From Mytilus californianus (taxonomy: Eukaryota), in NCBI RefSeq assembly GCF_021869535.1, contig NW_026262723.1, positions 99,448,001 through 99,512,000 on the forward strand: a stretch of 64,000 nucleotides of DNA. Reading direction: 5' to 3'. This document shows positions 63,601 through 64,000 of this stretch, one piece after another. Within the stretch, counting starts at the first letter, position 1; the number at the start of each line of letters is the position of its first letter. The translations under genes and the position numbers were made by a program. The notes under the pieces were generated by a model. The model searched no databases. It saw nothing but the letters and a program-made list of their open reading frames with translations, and was not told the DNA's origin.

Positions 63601-64000
63601 AAAATTTTGTTTATAGTTGATAACAATGTAAATGGTCATTAAAACTTCCTACCCATGTGAAAATATTATACATGTATACATCTTTACTTTTCAAACTTAT
63701 GTCTCTCAGCTTTCATGATGATTGAATCATTGATTGTTGTTTACTGTAACGTCCAATGGCAAATATTTTAGGCATATTCATGGAAAGAACAAATGAAAAC
63801 GTAGGTAGTATAAAGTGGACCGACAGGGATAATTACGGGGAATTTTAACTGTCACTTGAAGAAGAGGGTATGCTGCAAAAGTGTGTAGCCCTGCAAAAGT
63901 TTGTAGCCTTGCAACAGGCAACTACGGACTACTCAAAGAGTTATTGCATTTTTCTAGAACGTGTTATTATCCCTTCACGGAGCGCATTATTTCGACCAGA

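Overview
AT-rich, repeat-dense eukaryotic DNA. The interspersed repeats resemble those I recall from bivalve (Mytilus-like) genomes; this is inference, not a database result. The main genic content is a same-strand cluster of three inward-rectifier K+ channel (Kir) genes with intronless coding regions: KirA 3920-5284, KirB 11362-12387 and KirC 34434-35624. They are highly divergent from each other. All keep TIGYG and the two turret cysteines, but each has lost a different set of conserved gating or PIP2 residues. KirC is the extreme case: by eye against Kir2.1 it has R148Y, R189D, R312D, E299F and E224N. About 20 kb downstream, on the minus strand, is a 2-TM protein (ATG 56400) whose membrane hairpin resembles PIRT/TMEM100-type channel modulators, with a likely phase-matched second exon at 54375-54135. 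The rest is transposon-derived: a decayed CXC-domain transposon ORF with two nested insertions and readable TSDs, a Merlin element with 60-bp TIRs, several MITE and Helentron-type families, LINE and Penelope-like fragments, a 143-nt hairpin and four minisatellites, two showing higher-order structure. I found no rRNA, tRNA, CRISPR or prokaryotic features. Kir2.1 residue numbers come from by-eye alignment to the human sequence as I remember it. Repeat boundaries are approximate unless TSDs are quoted.
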